Assembly: GCA_963795085.1 (NCBI GenBank)
Contig: CAWCFX010000001.1
Location: 992,001 to 1,056,000 of the forward strand
Source: an uncultured Gemmatimonadales bacterium
Lineage (GTDB): Bacteria > Gemmatimonadota > Gemmatimonadetes > Gemmatimonadales > GWC2-71-9
Length of the DNA: 64,000 nt
Direction of reading: 5' to 3'
The position numbers and the translations under genes are program-made. The notes under the pieces were generated by a model. The model worked only from the letters and a program-made list of their open reading frames with translations, was not told the DNA's origin and ran no database searches. Each line of letters opens with the position of its first letter. Within the stretch, counting starts at the first letter, position 1. Shown one piece after another: positions 8,591 to 18,673 of this stretch.

Positions 8591-9835
8591 TCAGTTGACC
8601 AGGCAGCAGCCCGCCTGGCAGCGGACCCAGAGCTGCTCGTCAGCCGGATCCCAGTGCCAGCGGACCGCGCCAACCGGTCCGTCATGCGGTTTTCGTGCAA
8701 CGCATGAGTATCTGGGGCTTCCCTGGGCCGGGCTGATACGAGCCCACCAGGTCTCGGGAGGCTTGTCCTTGCAGGGGACAAAGGTGGCCGTCCCGATGCA
8801 GGACTCCTGCGTTCCACTGCAAAGGTGCACGCGGTTCAGACCCGGCTTGAGCCCAAAACTGGTATAAGGTTGCGATCCCTCGAGAACAATATTGGCTACC
8901 GGCACCCACTGCACCGGGATTCTTCCCGTTATCCCAGGCTGATAATGCGGGGACCGGGAATGCGTAGGCGATGATTCCGCTCGGCGTGACCACGCCGTCC
9001 TTGGGGCGACTGGCCACCTTGCTCGTCATACCATCCCTTCACCGCGAGAACCCGTCGCTGCTATTGGGGGTGGATGGTTTGACGTCTCCTCCAATTTCTT
9101 CGGGACTTCCCCGAAGCTGGGGGTCCCGGCTCGACGGCGGAACTGTAAACCCTACTTTCGGCCCAACCTCGCAGTCAGCGTCACCACAGCGCATTCCGAT
9201 ATGTACTGGGTCCTTGTGGACGGATCCCAATCCCAGCGACGACCGTGAGGTACATGCTGCTTCCTCGATCGGCCTGTCGCGGGACGGTACAGTTCGGGAG
9301 ACATCCGACCAGTCTGCAGGCCGGCGGGAATGACGGGACGGCTGCGACCCTTTTGGTCGTGCCGCAAATTCACGACTCTGGCCGCCCATCGATGCGGCTC
9401 GCGCAGGTAGAGGCAATTGCCTCCAGAGTTCAGTCCGAGAGGAGAATCACCATTGTGTCCTCGGGCCAGCGATATAGGATCGCCACCGGGATGGCCTTCC
9501 GGAACGTCAAATCGAGGGAACGTCACCTCGTCGAGCTTGACGCGGGCGAGAAGCGCTATCGGGGGCCGTAGGACATGTCCTGGTTGATCATCCGCTGGCA
9601 ATCATGGTACTCCGGCTTGTCCGAAATATTGCCGACCAAGGTCAACCTTTCGAACTGATTCCGCGTCCAGTGGCTGTCACGGCTCTTGACATCAAAAACC
9701 CCTGGTGGGCACTCATCTGCCTGGATGACCGGTAGGTCCGTCAATGGCGACGAGTGAAGTTGGCGTTACCGGCTCTTCGCCACACGCACTGAGGGCTAAG
9801 GATATACTAGCGGCAATGAAGATAGTGCGGATCAT
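8591..9835 (-). pseudogene. Multiply frameshifted paralog of the Cys-rich lipoprotein at 9881-11170 (pseudogene or locally erroneous sequence)
   Basis: GGAGG RBS then MIRTIFIAASISLALSAC (lipobox); collinear pieces in different frames: PEYHDCQR, NCLYL..WAARV, RWDWD..QYI, GMRCGDADCEVG, VKGWYDEQ, WWAR..RWHW..DEQLWVRCQAGCCLVN. Confidence 0.8.
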
Positions 9836-9880
9836 GGTACCTCCCCCTGTGTGTGATACCCTCTCTCGCGACTTCGAGCT

Positions 9881-11170
9881 TCAATTCACCGTGCAGCACC
9901 CGACCGTGCACCGCACCCACAGCTGCTCGTCGCGCTCTGACCATCGCCACCGGGCGGCATCGGCGGGAATTACCGAGTGGGTCATGCGCGTCACGCAGCG
10001 ATCCGTCGTCGTCCCGTCCGGATTCTGAAACCGGGCCCACCACTGGGAATCCGATGCCGGGTCCACCGTGGATGGACAGCCGAGCGGTGCCGTAACGCCG
10101 CAGGCCGGCCCTCGGCAGAAGGCGACCGCGGTCATGCCCTGCTGGAATTCGAGCTTTCCCTTGTATGGCGCCGTCACAAATACGGACGCGGATGAGACCC
10201 ATCGGCCGCCATAGTCATCCTCCCCGGCGGCGCCGAGGCCGGGGTCCGGGATGATGGTGCCGAACGCCGGCGAGAGCGTCAGGCCGGCTCCGCCTGCCAC
10301 CGAGAGCCGCTGTTCGTCGTACCACCCCTTGATCGCTATCACCCGCTGCCGCAGCCGCGCCGCGTCCGGCCCGCTGCCCCCCAGCGCCAGCAGCCGGGCG
10401 CTGATCTCCCGAACCCGGGCGTTGGATGACCCGGGATCGAGAGGGTACGTCGGCGAAGATGCGAGCCTCTTGTCACCGATTTCGCACCACTGGGCACCGC
10501 ACCGGATGCCGATGTACTGGCGGGCGTTAACGGAGTCGTAATCCCACCGCGCCACGGGAGCCACGTCGCGGGCCGCCAGTCCGGCCGGGAGGGTCTGGGC
10601 GTGGACGGCCAGGACCGCGCCGCCCAGGGTGGCGGCATCCTGGGGGTCTCGGCAGGGTGTCGCCAGCGGACCCAGCGAGACCATTCGCGCCTCCCACCCC
10701 GCCGCCTCTCCCGGGTTGGGAATGAGATAGAGGCAACTGAACCCATGCTTGATGTGCAGCGGCGCGTACTCGGTGCGGTCGAAGTTGTGAATCTCCGCCA
10801 CCGGCGTGGCCCGGGTGACGCCGCTCCCGGAGCCGAGGCCGGGAGACGACACCGTGTCGAGGTCGGAGTTGATGAAGTACCGGGCCAGGTCGGTCGCGGC
10901 CCAGATGGCCACCAGCTGGCCCAGGGTATCCGGCGGGAGCCGGAACCGCTGGCAGTCATGATATTCGGGGATTTCGTCAATCTCCGAGGCCACGGGAATG
11001 TCGCGCGTCGTGTCCGAGCCCACGACGATGCTGATCGAGTCCCGGGGGCAATCGGGGACGTAGGCGATGCGCGAACCATCCGGGTCTCGCTGGCAGGCAC
11101 CGGCTGCGACCAGTGCTAGACAGAGAAGCAACCCATCTGCTGCCATGCCGCTCCGGTCGTGTTGGCGCAT
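9881..11170 (-). CDS. Cys-rich lipoprotein of unknown function with internal two-fold repeat
   Basis: GGAGG RBS before ATG 11170; signal LLLCLALVAAGAC; 13 further Cys in the mature part. Confidence 0.8.
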   Translation of the reverse strand: MRQHDRSGMAADGLLLCLALVAAGACQRDPDGSRIAYVPDCPRDSISIVVGSDTTRDIPVASEIDEIPEYHDCQRFRLPPDTLGQLVAIWAATDLARYFINSDLDTVSSPGLGSGSGVTRATPVAEIHNFDRTEYAPLHIKHGFSCLYLIPNPGEAAGWEARMVSLGPLATPCRDPQDAATLGGAVLAVHAQTLPAGLAARDVAPVARWDYDSVNARQYIGIRCGAQWCEIGDKRLASSPTYPLDPGSSNARVREISARLLALGGSGPDAARLRQRVIAIKGWYDEQRLSVAGGAGLTLSPAFGTIIPDPGLGAAGEDDYGGRWVSSASVFVTAPYKGKLEFQQGMTAVAFCRGPACGVTAPLGCPSTVDPASDSQWWARFQNPDGTTTDRCVTRMTHSVIPADAARWRWSERDEQLWVRCTVGCCTVN

Positions 11171-11215
11171 CGGCTCGTCTCCTCCGTTCAGGTGGTTGCC
11201 TACGCTCACTTCCGT

Positions 11216-14200
11216 TCATCCGGTCCGGATCTTTTCCATGGCGTCTCGCACCGGATGCAGATAGGGGTCGCTCCCGGCCCAGAGAATCGCAACCATGCTG
11301 GCCCAGGTCCGGGCGCCTGCCCGGTCGCCCAGCCGCATTGCCAGGTCTGCCCGGAGGGCCATGGCACGCACCAATGCCGCCGCCCGGTACGGCTCCTGGA
11401 ATCCTGGCGAGGCGGTCGCAAGCGATCCCAGGACGGGATCGAGCCAGGCCGCGGCGTCGCCGGCCCGTCCAATCGCTTTGAGCAGGTAGGCTTCCGCATA
11501 GAGCGCATCGAGGGAGCCCTCGCCGAGCCCCATGCCCTCACGCTGTCGCGCGATTTCGCCCAGCAACCGGCTGACCGTGAGCGTATCCCCGCGGGCCAGC
11601 GCCGCCTGGGCCGTGATCAGGATGTCCCCCTGGTCTTCCAGGCTTTGAATACTGGCCATCGGGTGCGAAGCGAACGCCATGGCGGCGGCGAAGCCAAGAG
11701 TTGCCGCGCGAAGGCCAGGGCGTTGTTCGGATTCGAAGTCGCGATCAATGATTCGGGTCATCCGGGTTTCCAGCTCGTCGAGGCTGTCGGCCGGTCCCCC
11801 GAGGGCGGCATACACCAGCAGGGCGGGCGCCGTGATCGCAAGTTCTCGCGGCAGGCCCCAGAAGTCCCGGGCCTCCGGCGACTGAGACAGCCGGGCCGCG
11901 AGATGCCCGCGGCCCAGCAGGGCCGCCAGGCTGGCCAGTTCGATGTGGCCGGTGACCAGGCGGGGGTCAAGGCGGAGGAGCGAATCGGCCAGCCGGGCTG
12001 CCTCCGCCACCGCTGCCGGGTTTCCCGGGATCCCAAACCGGAGCCGCATGAAGACATCACGGCACGCCAGCCGGATTCGATCGGGGTCTTCCCTCGCCAG
12101 AGCCATGGCGCGGTGCAGGGTGTCGAGCGCCGCCGGGTCTCCGGTGACTTCCATAGACGTCGCGACGGCTTCCAGCGCCTGAAAGCTCTGGGGATACTCC
12201 CGCAGCCACCCCTCGGCGATCTCCCGGAAAATCCGCCGCTGCTGCCGTATGGCGAAGGTGGTGGTGGGTCCCATGATCGCGCGTCCTCGGTGCACATGGT
12301 CCATGGGCACCGGATAAAACACCAGGGAGTCTCCGATCCAGGACGGTGAGGCGAGGAAGCTGATCGTGTCCGGGGGGACCGCCCGGCCCCCCCGAACCAT
12401 GGCGGCGCTGCTGAGCCAGGCGAAGGAACGGTGAGCCCGGTGAATCGAAGGAAGAATGCGGAAGGCCTGCCGGTAGGCCTGGAGTGCGGAGTGGTAGCTG
12501 TTCCGGTAGCGCCATCCCGTGGGGCTTTGAGGGTCCCGAACCACGGCGTCATCCCGCCGCAGGCAATCGCCAAGGCCGAACCAGGTGACAAAGCTGTGGG
12601 GATCGTCCCGGGCCAGGCGGCTCCACACCTGGCAGGCGCGGTCCAGGCGGCCCTGGGCGGCGAGGAGGACAGCATCGGCAATGCCCTGGTCGTTGGGCGC
12701 CAACTGTGCCCGTCCCATGTGGCCCCGCTCTGCCGCCGAGCGCCACTGGGCCGCGGGTTCGTCCCGCCAGAGCCGGGTCAGCGCCAGCCAGGTGAACCCC
12801 TGGGAGAACTGCGGGTCGTACGCGGTCGCCGCGTCAAAGGCGCTGTCCGCCGCATCCAGGCGCCACTCGGTCAGCGCGTCATACCCCGCGAGAAATGCCT
12901 GCCGCGCGGGCAGGACCGTGGTTCCCTCGCCCTGGGCTTCCCGCCTCCGCGTACGTTCATGACGAACGAGAAGGCGTTCCGCCATCCTGGCAAAGGCGGA
13001 GTCGCCTCCTACCAGTTCGGCGGGCACCCGCTCGGCATGGTCCGCCAGTTGCCGGTTGGTCGCCGTTTCGTAGAGCACGGCATGCACCCTCGTTTCTGCA
13101 CCGAGCGGATGCATCGTGACCCGGACGTAGCGCCCGGCTCCCAGTCCCGCGGCCGCCCGCCGGGCCGGGTCGTCCTTCCCGGCCGCGCCGAGGACGGCGC
13201 GGCTGATCCGCTCGGGATCGACCAGCGTGATACCTGACCAGGCCGCGACCGCGTCGGAGAAGAGCAGTGAAGGGTCCGGCGATGCCGAATCACCCGGGAT
13301 GACGGCCAGGAGCGTGGTATCCAGCTCCGGCCCTGCCGGTCCGGTAACCCCGCCCCGGAGCAGGGTCAACGAAGCGGTGCCCGCGATGAGCACCAGTCCG
13401 ATCACGGCTCCCGCCTGCCAGGACCGCCGCGGGCGCGCCACCGGCATCCGCGCCGTCGTCGCGATGCCCTCCAGTGCCCGCGCAAGGTCCCCCGCCGTCT
13501 GGAACCGGTCCGCCGGCTGCTTCTGCAGCGCCTTGCGTACCGTCAGCTCCAGCGCCGCGGGCACGGTCGGCCGGATCGTGATCAGCGATGGCACCGGGTC
13601 CAGCTGGTGGCGCGCCACGATCGCCTGCGGCGTGGCCCCCATGAACGGCGGGTCCCCGCCCAGCATTTCGTAGAGCACGCAGCCCAGCGCGTAGATGTCG
13701 CTCCGGCCGTCGATTTCGCTCGACGCCAGCGACTGCTCCGGCGACATGTAGGCCGGCGTCCCCACCGCCATTCCCTCGGTGGTGATCACGTCCCGCTCCG
13801 CCGCCCGGTTGATCGCCCGGGCGATGCCGAAGTCGGCGACCACCGCCTCCGTCCCGGCCAGCAGGATATTCTCCGGCTTGATGTCGCGGTGGACCACCTG
13901 GTGGGCGTGCGCGTAGCTCAGCGCCGAGGCAACGTCCCGCGCGATGGACACGGCCTCCTCGATGGGCAGCTGCTTCTGCCGCTGGAGCCGGGCCCGCAGC
14001 GACTCTCCTTCCACGAACGGCATGGTGTAATAGGGAAGCGTCCGGCCATCCACGGTGACGGTGCCGGAGTCGAGCAGCGGAAGGATGTGCGGGTGGGTCA
14101 GCTCGGAGGCAAAGCGGGTTTCCTGGAGGAACCGTTCATGCCCCACCGCGCCGGCCAGCCGGGGGTGCAGCACTTTGATCGCGACCCGGCGGTGATGGGA

Positions 14201-14332
14201 GAGATCCAGGCCGAGGTACACCGCAGCCATCCCGCCGCTGCCGAGCTGAATTTCCAGCTGGTAGCGTTCGGACAGCGCGGCCTGCAGCATCCGGAAGAGC
14301 TCGGACATGGGGTCCTGGGGATCGCTACTCAT
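11216..14332 (-). CDS. Hanks-type Ser/Thr protein kinase with TM helix and large helical (TPR-like) C-terminal region
   Basis: LGSGGMAAV, VAIK, HRDIKPEN, DFG, GTPAYMSPEQ, SDIYALG; hydrophobic AGAVIGLVLIAGTASLTLL after the kinase domain. Confidence 0.93.
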   Translation of the reverse strand: MSSDPQDPMSELFRMLQAALSERYQLEIQLGSGGMAAVYLGLDLSHHRRVAIKVLHPRLAGAVGHERFLQETRFASELTHPHILPLLDSGTVTVDGRTLPYYTMPFVEGESLRARLQRQKQLPIEEAVSIARDVASALSYAHAHQVVHRDIKPENILLAGTEAVVADFGIARAINRAAERDVITTEGMAVGTPAYMSPEQSLASSEIDGRSDIYALGCVLYEMLGGDPPFMGATPQAIVARHQLDPVPSLITIRPTVPAALELTVRKALQKQPADRFQTAGDLARALEGIATTARMPVARPRRSWQAGAVIGLVLIAGTASLTLLRGGVTGPAGPELDTTLLAVIPGDSASPDPSLLFSDAVAAWSGITLVDPERISRAVLGAAGKDDPARRAAAGLGAGRYVRVTMHPLGAETRVHAVLYETATNRQLADHAERVPAELVGGDSAFARMAERLLVRHERTRRREAQGEGTTVLPARQAFLAGYDALTEWRLDAADSAFDAATAYDPQFSQGFTWLALTRLWRDEPAAQWRSAAERGHMGRAQLAPNDQGIADAVLLAAQGRLDRACQVWSRLARDDPHSFVTWFGLGDCLRRDDAVVRDPQSPTGWRYRNSYHSALQAYRQAFRILPSIHRAHRSFAWLSSAAMVRGGRAVPPDTISFLASPSWIGDSLVFYPVPMDHVHRGRAIMGPTTTFAIRQQRRIFREIAEGWLREYPQSFQALEAVATSMEVTGDPAALDTLHRAMALAREDPDRIRLACRDVFMRLRFGIPGNPAAVAEAARLADSLLRLDPRLVTGHIELASLAALLGRGHLAARLSQSPEARDFWGLPRELAITAPALLVYAALGGPADSLDELETRMTRIIDRDFESEQRPGLRAATLGFAAAMAFASHPMASIQSLEDQGDILITAQAALARGDTLTVSRLLGEIARQREGMGLGEGSLDALYAEAYLLKAIGRAGDAAAWLDPVLGSLATASPGFQEPYRAAALVRAMALRADLAMRLGDRAGARTWASMVAILWAGSDPYLHPVRDAMEKIRTG

Positions 14333-14380
14333 ATAGCGCGCATCCCGCCACCCCGCAAGACGGGACCTGCCACCCCCCGG

Positions 14381-15721
14381 TTACAACTCGCCCCGGCCCC
14401 AGTCCCCCCAGATGGCGCAGGTCAGGCCGGGCGCCTGCACGTTAAGGAAGAGGGTCTGCCCGTCAGGGCTGAACGTCGCCCCGGCGAACTCGGCGCTGGC
14501 GGGGTGCAGGTTGAGCGCAAAGTCAAAGATGCGGCCGTCGCGGGTCAGGCCCCGGAGGTAGTTCTCCCCCGCGCCGTCTTCACAAAGAAGGAGACCGCCC
14601 CGCGGGCTGACGCAGATGTTGTCGGGAGACTGGAGTACCGCCGCCGAGGGAGACTCGAAAAGAAGGATCACCTCGCCGCCGGCATCGCCGGCCGGCCGGT
14701 ACTGCCACACCTGGCCCATCCCCGCATTCCCGCCGCTCGTAGCATTGAAGTAAATGTGGCCGCCGCCCTGCCAGCAGCCTTCCAGCCGGCCAAAGATGGC
14801 GCCGCCGCCTGCGGCACCCTGGGCGAACACCGCCGCCGGGTTCTCAGCGGCGTCGGAGGGATCGGGATCGGCGATCGGCACCCAGCGGGCTTCGAGCGGC
14901 ACCCCGGTCCGCTGCCCGGTCCGGGTGTCGTAGCCGGGCCGGCCCGCGATGGCCAGCATCTCCAGCTGCCCCCCCGCCGCCAGGCGGCCCCCTTCCGCCG
15001 GCAGGAACCGGTAGAATCCGGCTGCCAGGGCATCCTCGGTTTCGTAGACGATGCCAGTGGCGGGATCCACCGCCACCGCTTCGTGGACAAACCGGCCCAT
15101 GGCGCGGAGCGCCACCGGGTCCGCTTCCCGCTGGGCGGCAACCGGGACATCGAAACAATACCCGTGCGGCCGTTCGAACCCCTGTGCTTCACCCGCGACG
15201 GCCTCCTCGCAACTGATCCAGGATGCCCATGGCGTGGGGCCCCCGGCGCAGTTGCGGATGGTGCCACTCAGCGATACAAACGCCTCGAGGGGAAGCCGGG
15301 TGCGCGGATCTACCGTCAGCGTCGTGGTGCCGCCGTTCGCCCGCGGATCCCAGGAGCGCGCCGGGGCGCCGATGGACACCGCGTCGGCCAGCGTGCGGGG
15401 ATAGGATTCATGGTTCCGGACCAGCCGGACCCGGCTGCCGTGGGCAAACGCCGCCATGCCATCGTGCATCGGCGGGGTGGGCCGCCCGTCCGACATGATC
15501 TCGCCGGTCCGCCCGAAGACGGTGTACGCGAATCCCTCGGGCAGGGCCAGCAGGGTCTCTCCGGTATTACTGGCGGGCGTGGGCACCAGACGGCCGTACC
15601 CGACACGGTCAGCCGGAAACCGCGCTGGGGTTGCACCCAGGCTCCGCGCCTGGAGCGACTGCAGGCCCAGGATGCTTCCACCCACGGCGGCTGTTCGCAG
15701 GAACGATCTGCGACTTGTCAT
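14381..15721 (-). CDS. phoX: PhoX-family (DUF839) alkaline phosphatase, Tat-exported
   Basis: TSRRSFLR Tat motif; NCAGGPTPWASWISCEE, MGRFVHEA, PDNICVSP, LCED, EFAGATFSPDG..LFLNVQAPG. Confidence 0.88.
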   Translation of the reverse strand: MTSRRSFLRTAAVGGSILGLQSLQARSLGATPARFPADRVGYGRLVPTPASNTGETLLALPEGFAYTVFGRTGEIMSDGRPTPPMHDGMAAFAHGSRVRLVRNHESYPRTLADAVSIGAPARSWDPRANGGTTTLTVDPRTRLPLEAFVSLSGTIRNCAGGPTPWASWISCEEAVAGEAQGFERPHGYCFDVPVAAQREADPVALRAMGRFVHEAVAVDPATGIVYETEDALAAGFYRFLPAEGGRLAAGGQLEMLAIAGRPGYDTRTGQRTGVPLEARWVPIADPDPSDAAENPAAVFAQGAAGGGAIFGRLEGCWQGGGHIYFNATSGGNAGMGQVWQYRPAGDAGGEVILLFESPSAAVLQSPDNICVSPRGGLLLCEDGAGENYLRGLTRDGRIFDFALNLHPASAEFAGATFSPDGQTLFLNVQAPGLTCAIWGDWGRGEL

Positions 15722-15750
15722 TCCAGTAGGGCCTCCTGCTACTTTCCGGG

Positions 15751-16155
15751 ATGCGCAACTATTGGATTCTCAAGACCGAGCCTTCAACATACTCATTCGA
15801 GGACTTGGTTGCCGAGCAGGTGGCCACCTGGGACGGGGTCGCCAACCCGGTTGCCGTCAAGCACCTGCGCAGCATGGCCCCCGGCGACCAGGTGATGATC
15901 TATCACACCGGAAAGGAGAAGGCGATCGTCGGACTTGCCACGGTCGCCGGACCCCCCCGGCCGGATCCCCGGGATCCCAGACTCGTCGTCGTGGACCTCG
16001 AGGCGGGCCGGCCGGTCGGGAAACCGGTGTCACTCGCGGCGATCAAGGCGGACTCGGCCTTCAAGGATCTCGCGCTGGTGCGACAGGGCCGCCTCTCGGT
16101 CGTGCCGGTGCCCGAATCGCTGTGGACTCGGCTGGTCGCCATGGGCCGCTCCTGA
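15751..16155 (+). CDS. EVE domain protein
   Basis: [41 protein letters not shown]. Confidence 0.9.
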   Translation: MRNYWILKTEPSTYSFEDLVAEQVATWDGVANPVAVKHLRSMAPGDQVMIYHTGKEKAIVGLATVAGPPRPDPRDPRLVVVDLEAGRPVGKPVSLAAIKADSAFKDLALVRQGRLSVVPVPESLWTRLVAMGRS

Positions 16156-16160
16156 GCCCA

Positions 16161-16189
16161 TACCGAAGAAATACCGTACCTGCTATCTT
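16161..16189 (+). promoter_or_regulatory. uvrB promoter: direct repeat TACCGAA-N4-TACCGTA and extended -10 (TGcTATCTT)
   Basis: Repeat shared with recA promoter; -10 lies 6 nt before the ATG. Confidence 0.5.
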
Positions 16190-16195
16190 GGGGCC

Positions 16196-18241
16196 ATGCC
16201 CAGCCCGCGTTTCGAGGTCGTCGCCCCCTTTGAGCCCGCCGGGGATCAGCCCCGCGCTATCGCGGAGCTGACCACGGCGATCCGCGCGGGCGAAAAATAT
16301 CAGACCCTCCTCGGGGTCACCGGGTCGGGTAAGACGATGACCCTGGCCCACGTCATCGCCAACATCGGGAAGCCCACCCTCGTCCTCTCCCATAACAAGA
16401 CGCTGGCCGCGCAATTGTACGGCGAATTGCGCCAGTTTCTGCCCCGGAACGCGGTCGAGTATTTCGTCTCCTACTACGACTACTACCAGCCGGAAGCCTA
16501 TGTCCCTTCGACCGATGTCTATATAGAAAAGGACGCCTCGATCAACGAGGATATCGAATCGCTTCGGCTTCGCGCGACCACCAGCCTGGCCGAACGGGAG
16601 GACGTGGTCATCGTCGCGACGGTGAGCGCCATCTACGGCCTCGGTGACCCGGTCGAATACCGTAACCTGATTACCGCGGTCTCAGTCGGCGAACAGCGGG
16701 GTCGCGACTCCATCCTCGCCGACCTGGTCCGCATTCATTACCAGCGGAACGATGTTTCCTTCGAGCCGGGGACCTTCCGGGTCCGGGGCGACACTATCGA
16801 GGTGTTCCCGGCCTACGACGAAGTCGCGGTTCGCATCGAGCTCTGGGGCGACGAGGTCGAGCGGATTTCCAAGGTGAGCCCGCTCACCGGCGAAGTGATC
16901 CAGCAGCTGGAGAAATGCGCCGTCTATCCGGCCAAGCATTTCGTCACCCAGCGGCCCACGATCGAGCGGGCGGTCCGCGCCATCAGGGCCGAACTGGCCG
17001 AGCGGCTCCTGGAACTCAAGACCGCCGGGAAGCTGCTGGAGGCGCAGCGGCTGGAATCGCGCACCACCTTCGACATCGAAATGATGCTGGAGATCGGCAC
17101 CTGTGCCGGCATCGAGAACTATTCCCGCCACCTGAGTGGGCGGCTGCCGGGCGAACGACCGGCCTGTCTCTTCGACTATTTTCCGCCCGAGTTCATGGTC
17201 GTAGTGGACGAGTCCCACGTGACGCTGCCCCAGATCGGCGGCATGTTCAACGGCGACCGGGCCCGCAAGCTCACCCTGGTGGACTACGGCTTCCGCCTTC
17301 CCTCGGCGCTGGACAACCGGCCCCTGATGTTCGACGAGTTCCTGGGGCTGGTCCAGCAGATGATCTCCGTCTCGGCGACCCCGGGAGAATACGAGCTCGG
17401 GCTCTCCAACGGCCGGCCGGTGGAACAGATCATCCGCCCTACCGGCCTGATTGACCCCGAGATCTCCATTCGCCCGGTCAAGGGCCAGGTGGACGACCTG
17501 CTGCACGAGATCCGGGCGCGGGTCGCGCTGAGTGAACGGGTCCTGGTGACGACGCTGACCAAGCGGATGTCGGAGGACCTCACCGATTACCTGCAGCAGA
17601 CGGGCGTGAGGGTGCGGTACCTCCACTCCGATATTGACGCCATCGAGCGGATGGAGATCCTCCGCGGGCTGCGGCTGGGGGATTTCGACGTCCTGGTCGG
17701 AATCAACCTGCTGCGCGAAGGCCTCGACCTCCCCGAGGTGTCGCTGGTGGCCATTCTCGATGCCGACCAGGAAGGGTTCCTCCGCTCCGACCGCGCCCTG
17801 ATCCAGACGGTAGGCCGGGCCGCCCGGAACGTGAACGGCAAGGCCGTGCTCTACGCCGACCGGATGACGGGGTCGATGCAGCGCGCCCTGGCCGAGATGG
17901 ACCGCCGGCGCGAGATCCAGCGGGCGCATAACCTGGAACACGGCATCACCCCGGTCTCCATTATCAAGTCGCTGGAGCAGGTTCGCCTCTCCACCCGGGT
18001 GGCCGACGCCCGCACCGAGAAACCGCCGCCCCAGAAGGGCGTCCTCGTGGGCGGGGATCTCCACGACCCGGTCCGGCGGGAAAAGGCGGTGGCCGCCCTG
18101 GAGCAGCAGATGCGGGAGGCGGCCGCCAACCTGGAATTCGAAGTGGCCGCGATGCTCCGCGATCAGCTGCTCGAACTCAAGGCAGCGAGCGGAGGGGAGG
18201 CCCGGAAGTCCGGCGCAACCCGCCGCCGACGTACCGGCTGA
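16196..18241 (+). CDS. uvrB: Excinuclease ABC subunit B
   Basis: [38 protein letters not shown]-terminal UVR coil. Confidence 0.98.
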   Translation: MPSPRFEVVAPFEPAGDQPRAIAELTTAIRAGEKYQTLLGVTGSGKTMTLAHVIANIGKPTLVLSHNKTLAAQLYGELRQFLPRNAVEYFVSYYDYYQPEAYVPSTDVYIEKDASINEDIESLRLRATTSLAEREDVVIVATVSAIYGLGDPVEYRNLITAVSVGEQRGRDSILADLVRIHYQRNDVSFEPGTFRVRGDTIEVFPAYDEVAVRIELWGDEVERISKVSPLTGEVIQQLEKCAVYPAKHFVTQRPTIERAVRAIRAELAERLLELKTAGKLLEAQRLESRTTFDIEMMLEIGTCAGIENYSRHLSGRLPGERPACLFDYFPPEFMVVVDESHVTLPQIGGMFNGDRARKLTLVDYGFRLPSALDNRPLMFDEFLGLVQQMISVSATPGEYELGLSNGRPVEQIIRPTGLIDPEISIRPVKGQVDDLLHEIRARVALSERVLVTTLTKRMSEDLTDYLQQTGVRVRYLHSDIDAIERMEILRGLRLGDFDVLVGINLLREGLDLPEVSLVAILDADQEGFLRSDRALIQTVGRAARNVNGKAVLYADRMTGSMQRALAEMDRRREIQRAHNLEHGITPVSIIKSLEQVRLSTRVADARTEKPPPQKGVLVGGDLHDPVRREKAVAALEQQMREAAANLEFEVAAMLRDQLLELKAASGGEARKSGATRRRRTG

Positions 18242-18247
18242 CCCGGT

Positions 18248-18673
18248 ATGATCGGGACATTTACCGAGGCCGAACTCCGCCGGTGGGGAACCAGCGCAGG
18301 GCAGGCCCTGCCTCCCGGCAGCATCGTGCTCCTCGAGGGCGAGCTGGGCGCCGGCAAGACCACCTTGATCCAGGCGGTCGCCCGCGGGCTGGGGGTGGCC
18401 GTGAATGCCACCAGTCCCACCTACGCACTGGTGCACCGCTACCAGGGTGCGCGGGGACCGGTCTACCATCTGGACTGTTACCGCCTGCGCCGCCCGGAGG
18501 AAGCCGCCGACCTCGACTGGGAGACCATGCTGCGCGAAGGCGACGCGGTGCTGATCGAGTGGCCGGAGAAGGCCGGCAGCTACGTACCGGCGGCCACCCG
18601 CCGGTTCCGGCTTTCGCATGTCGCCGAAGATCCCGATTTGCGCCGGTTGGAGGAGCCGGACCCCGATGCCTGA
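18248..18673 (+). CDS. tsaE: t6A biosynthesis ATPase TsaE
   Basis: GELGAGKTT, SPTYAL, HLDCYRL, IEWPE. Confidence 0.95.
   Translation: MIGTFTEAELRRWGTSAGQALPPGSIVLLEGELGAGKTTLIQAVARGLGVAVNATSPTYALVHRYQGARGPVYHLDCYRLRRPEEAADLDWETMLREGDAVLIEWPEKAGSYVPAATRRFRLSHVAEDPDLRRLEEPDPDA

Noticed and set aside
8591..9835. Programmed frameshifting or phase variation as the cause of the broken paralog
   Set aside because: Too many shifts and no consistent slippery or repeat tracts at the junctions
8591..10000. DGR template/variable repeat pair at the similar 3' ends of the two lipoprotein genes
   Set aside because: Differences are not adenine-specific, similarity is mainly at protein level, and no reverse transcriptase is present
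13607..15895. 762-aa plus-strand ORF
   Set aside because: Antisense shadow of the kinase and phoX genes; no motifs; typical of high-GC DNA
15751..16155. EVE protein as part of a modification-dependent restriction system
   Set aside because: Stand-alone EVE with no adjacent nuclease or toxin gene
15935..16195. N-terminal extensions in the ORF track (uvrB 15935, ssb 19743, LysM 20649, pal 26109, TPR 40478, peptidase 42723, accC 46094, yraN 50649, recX 52202)
   Set aside because: They overlap upstream genes or promoters; downstream starts fit RBS/-10 positions and family N-termini
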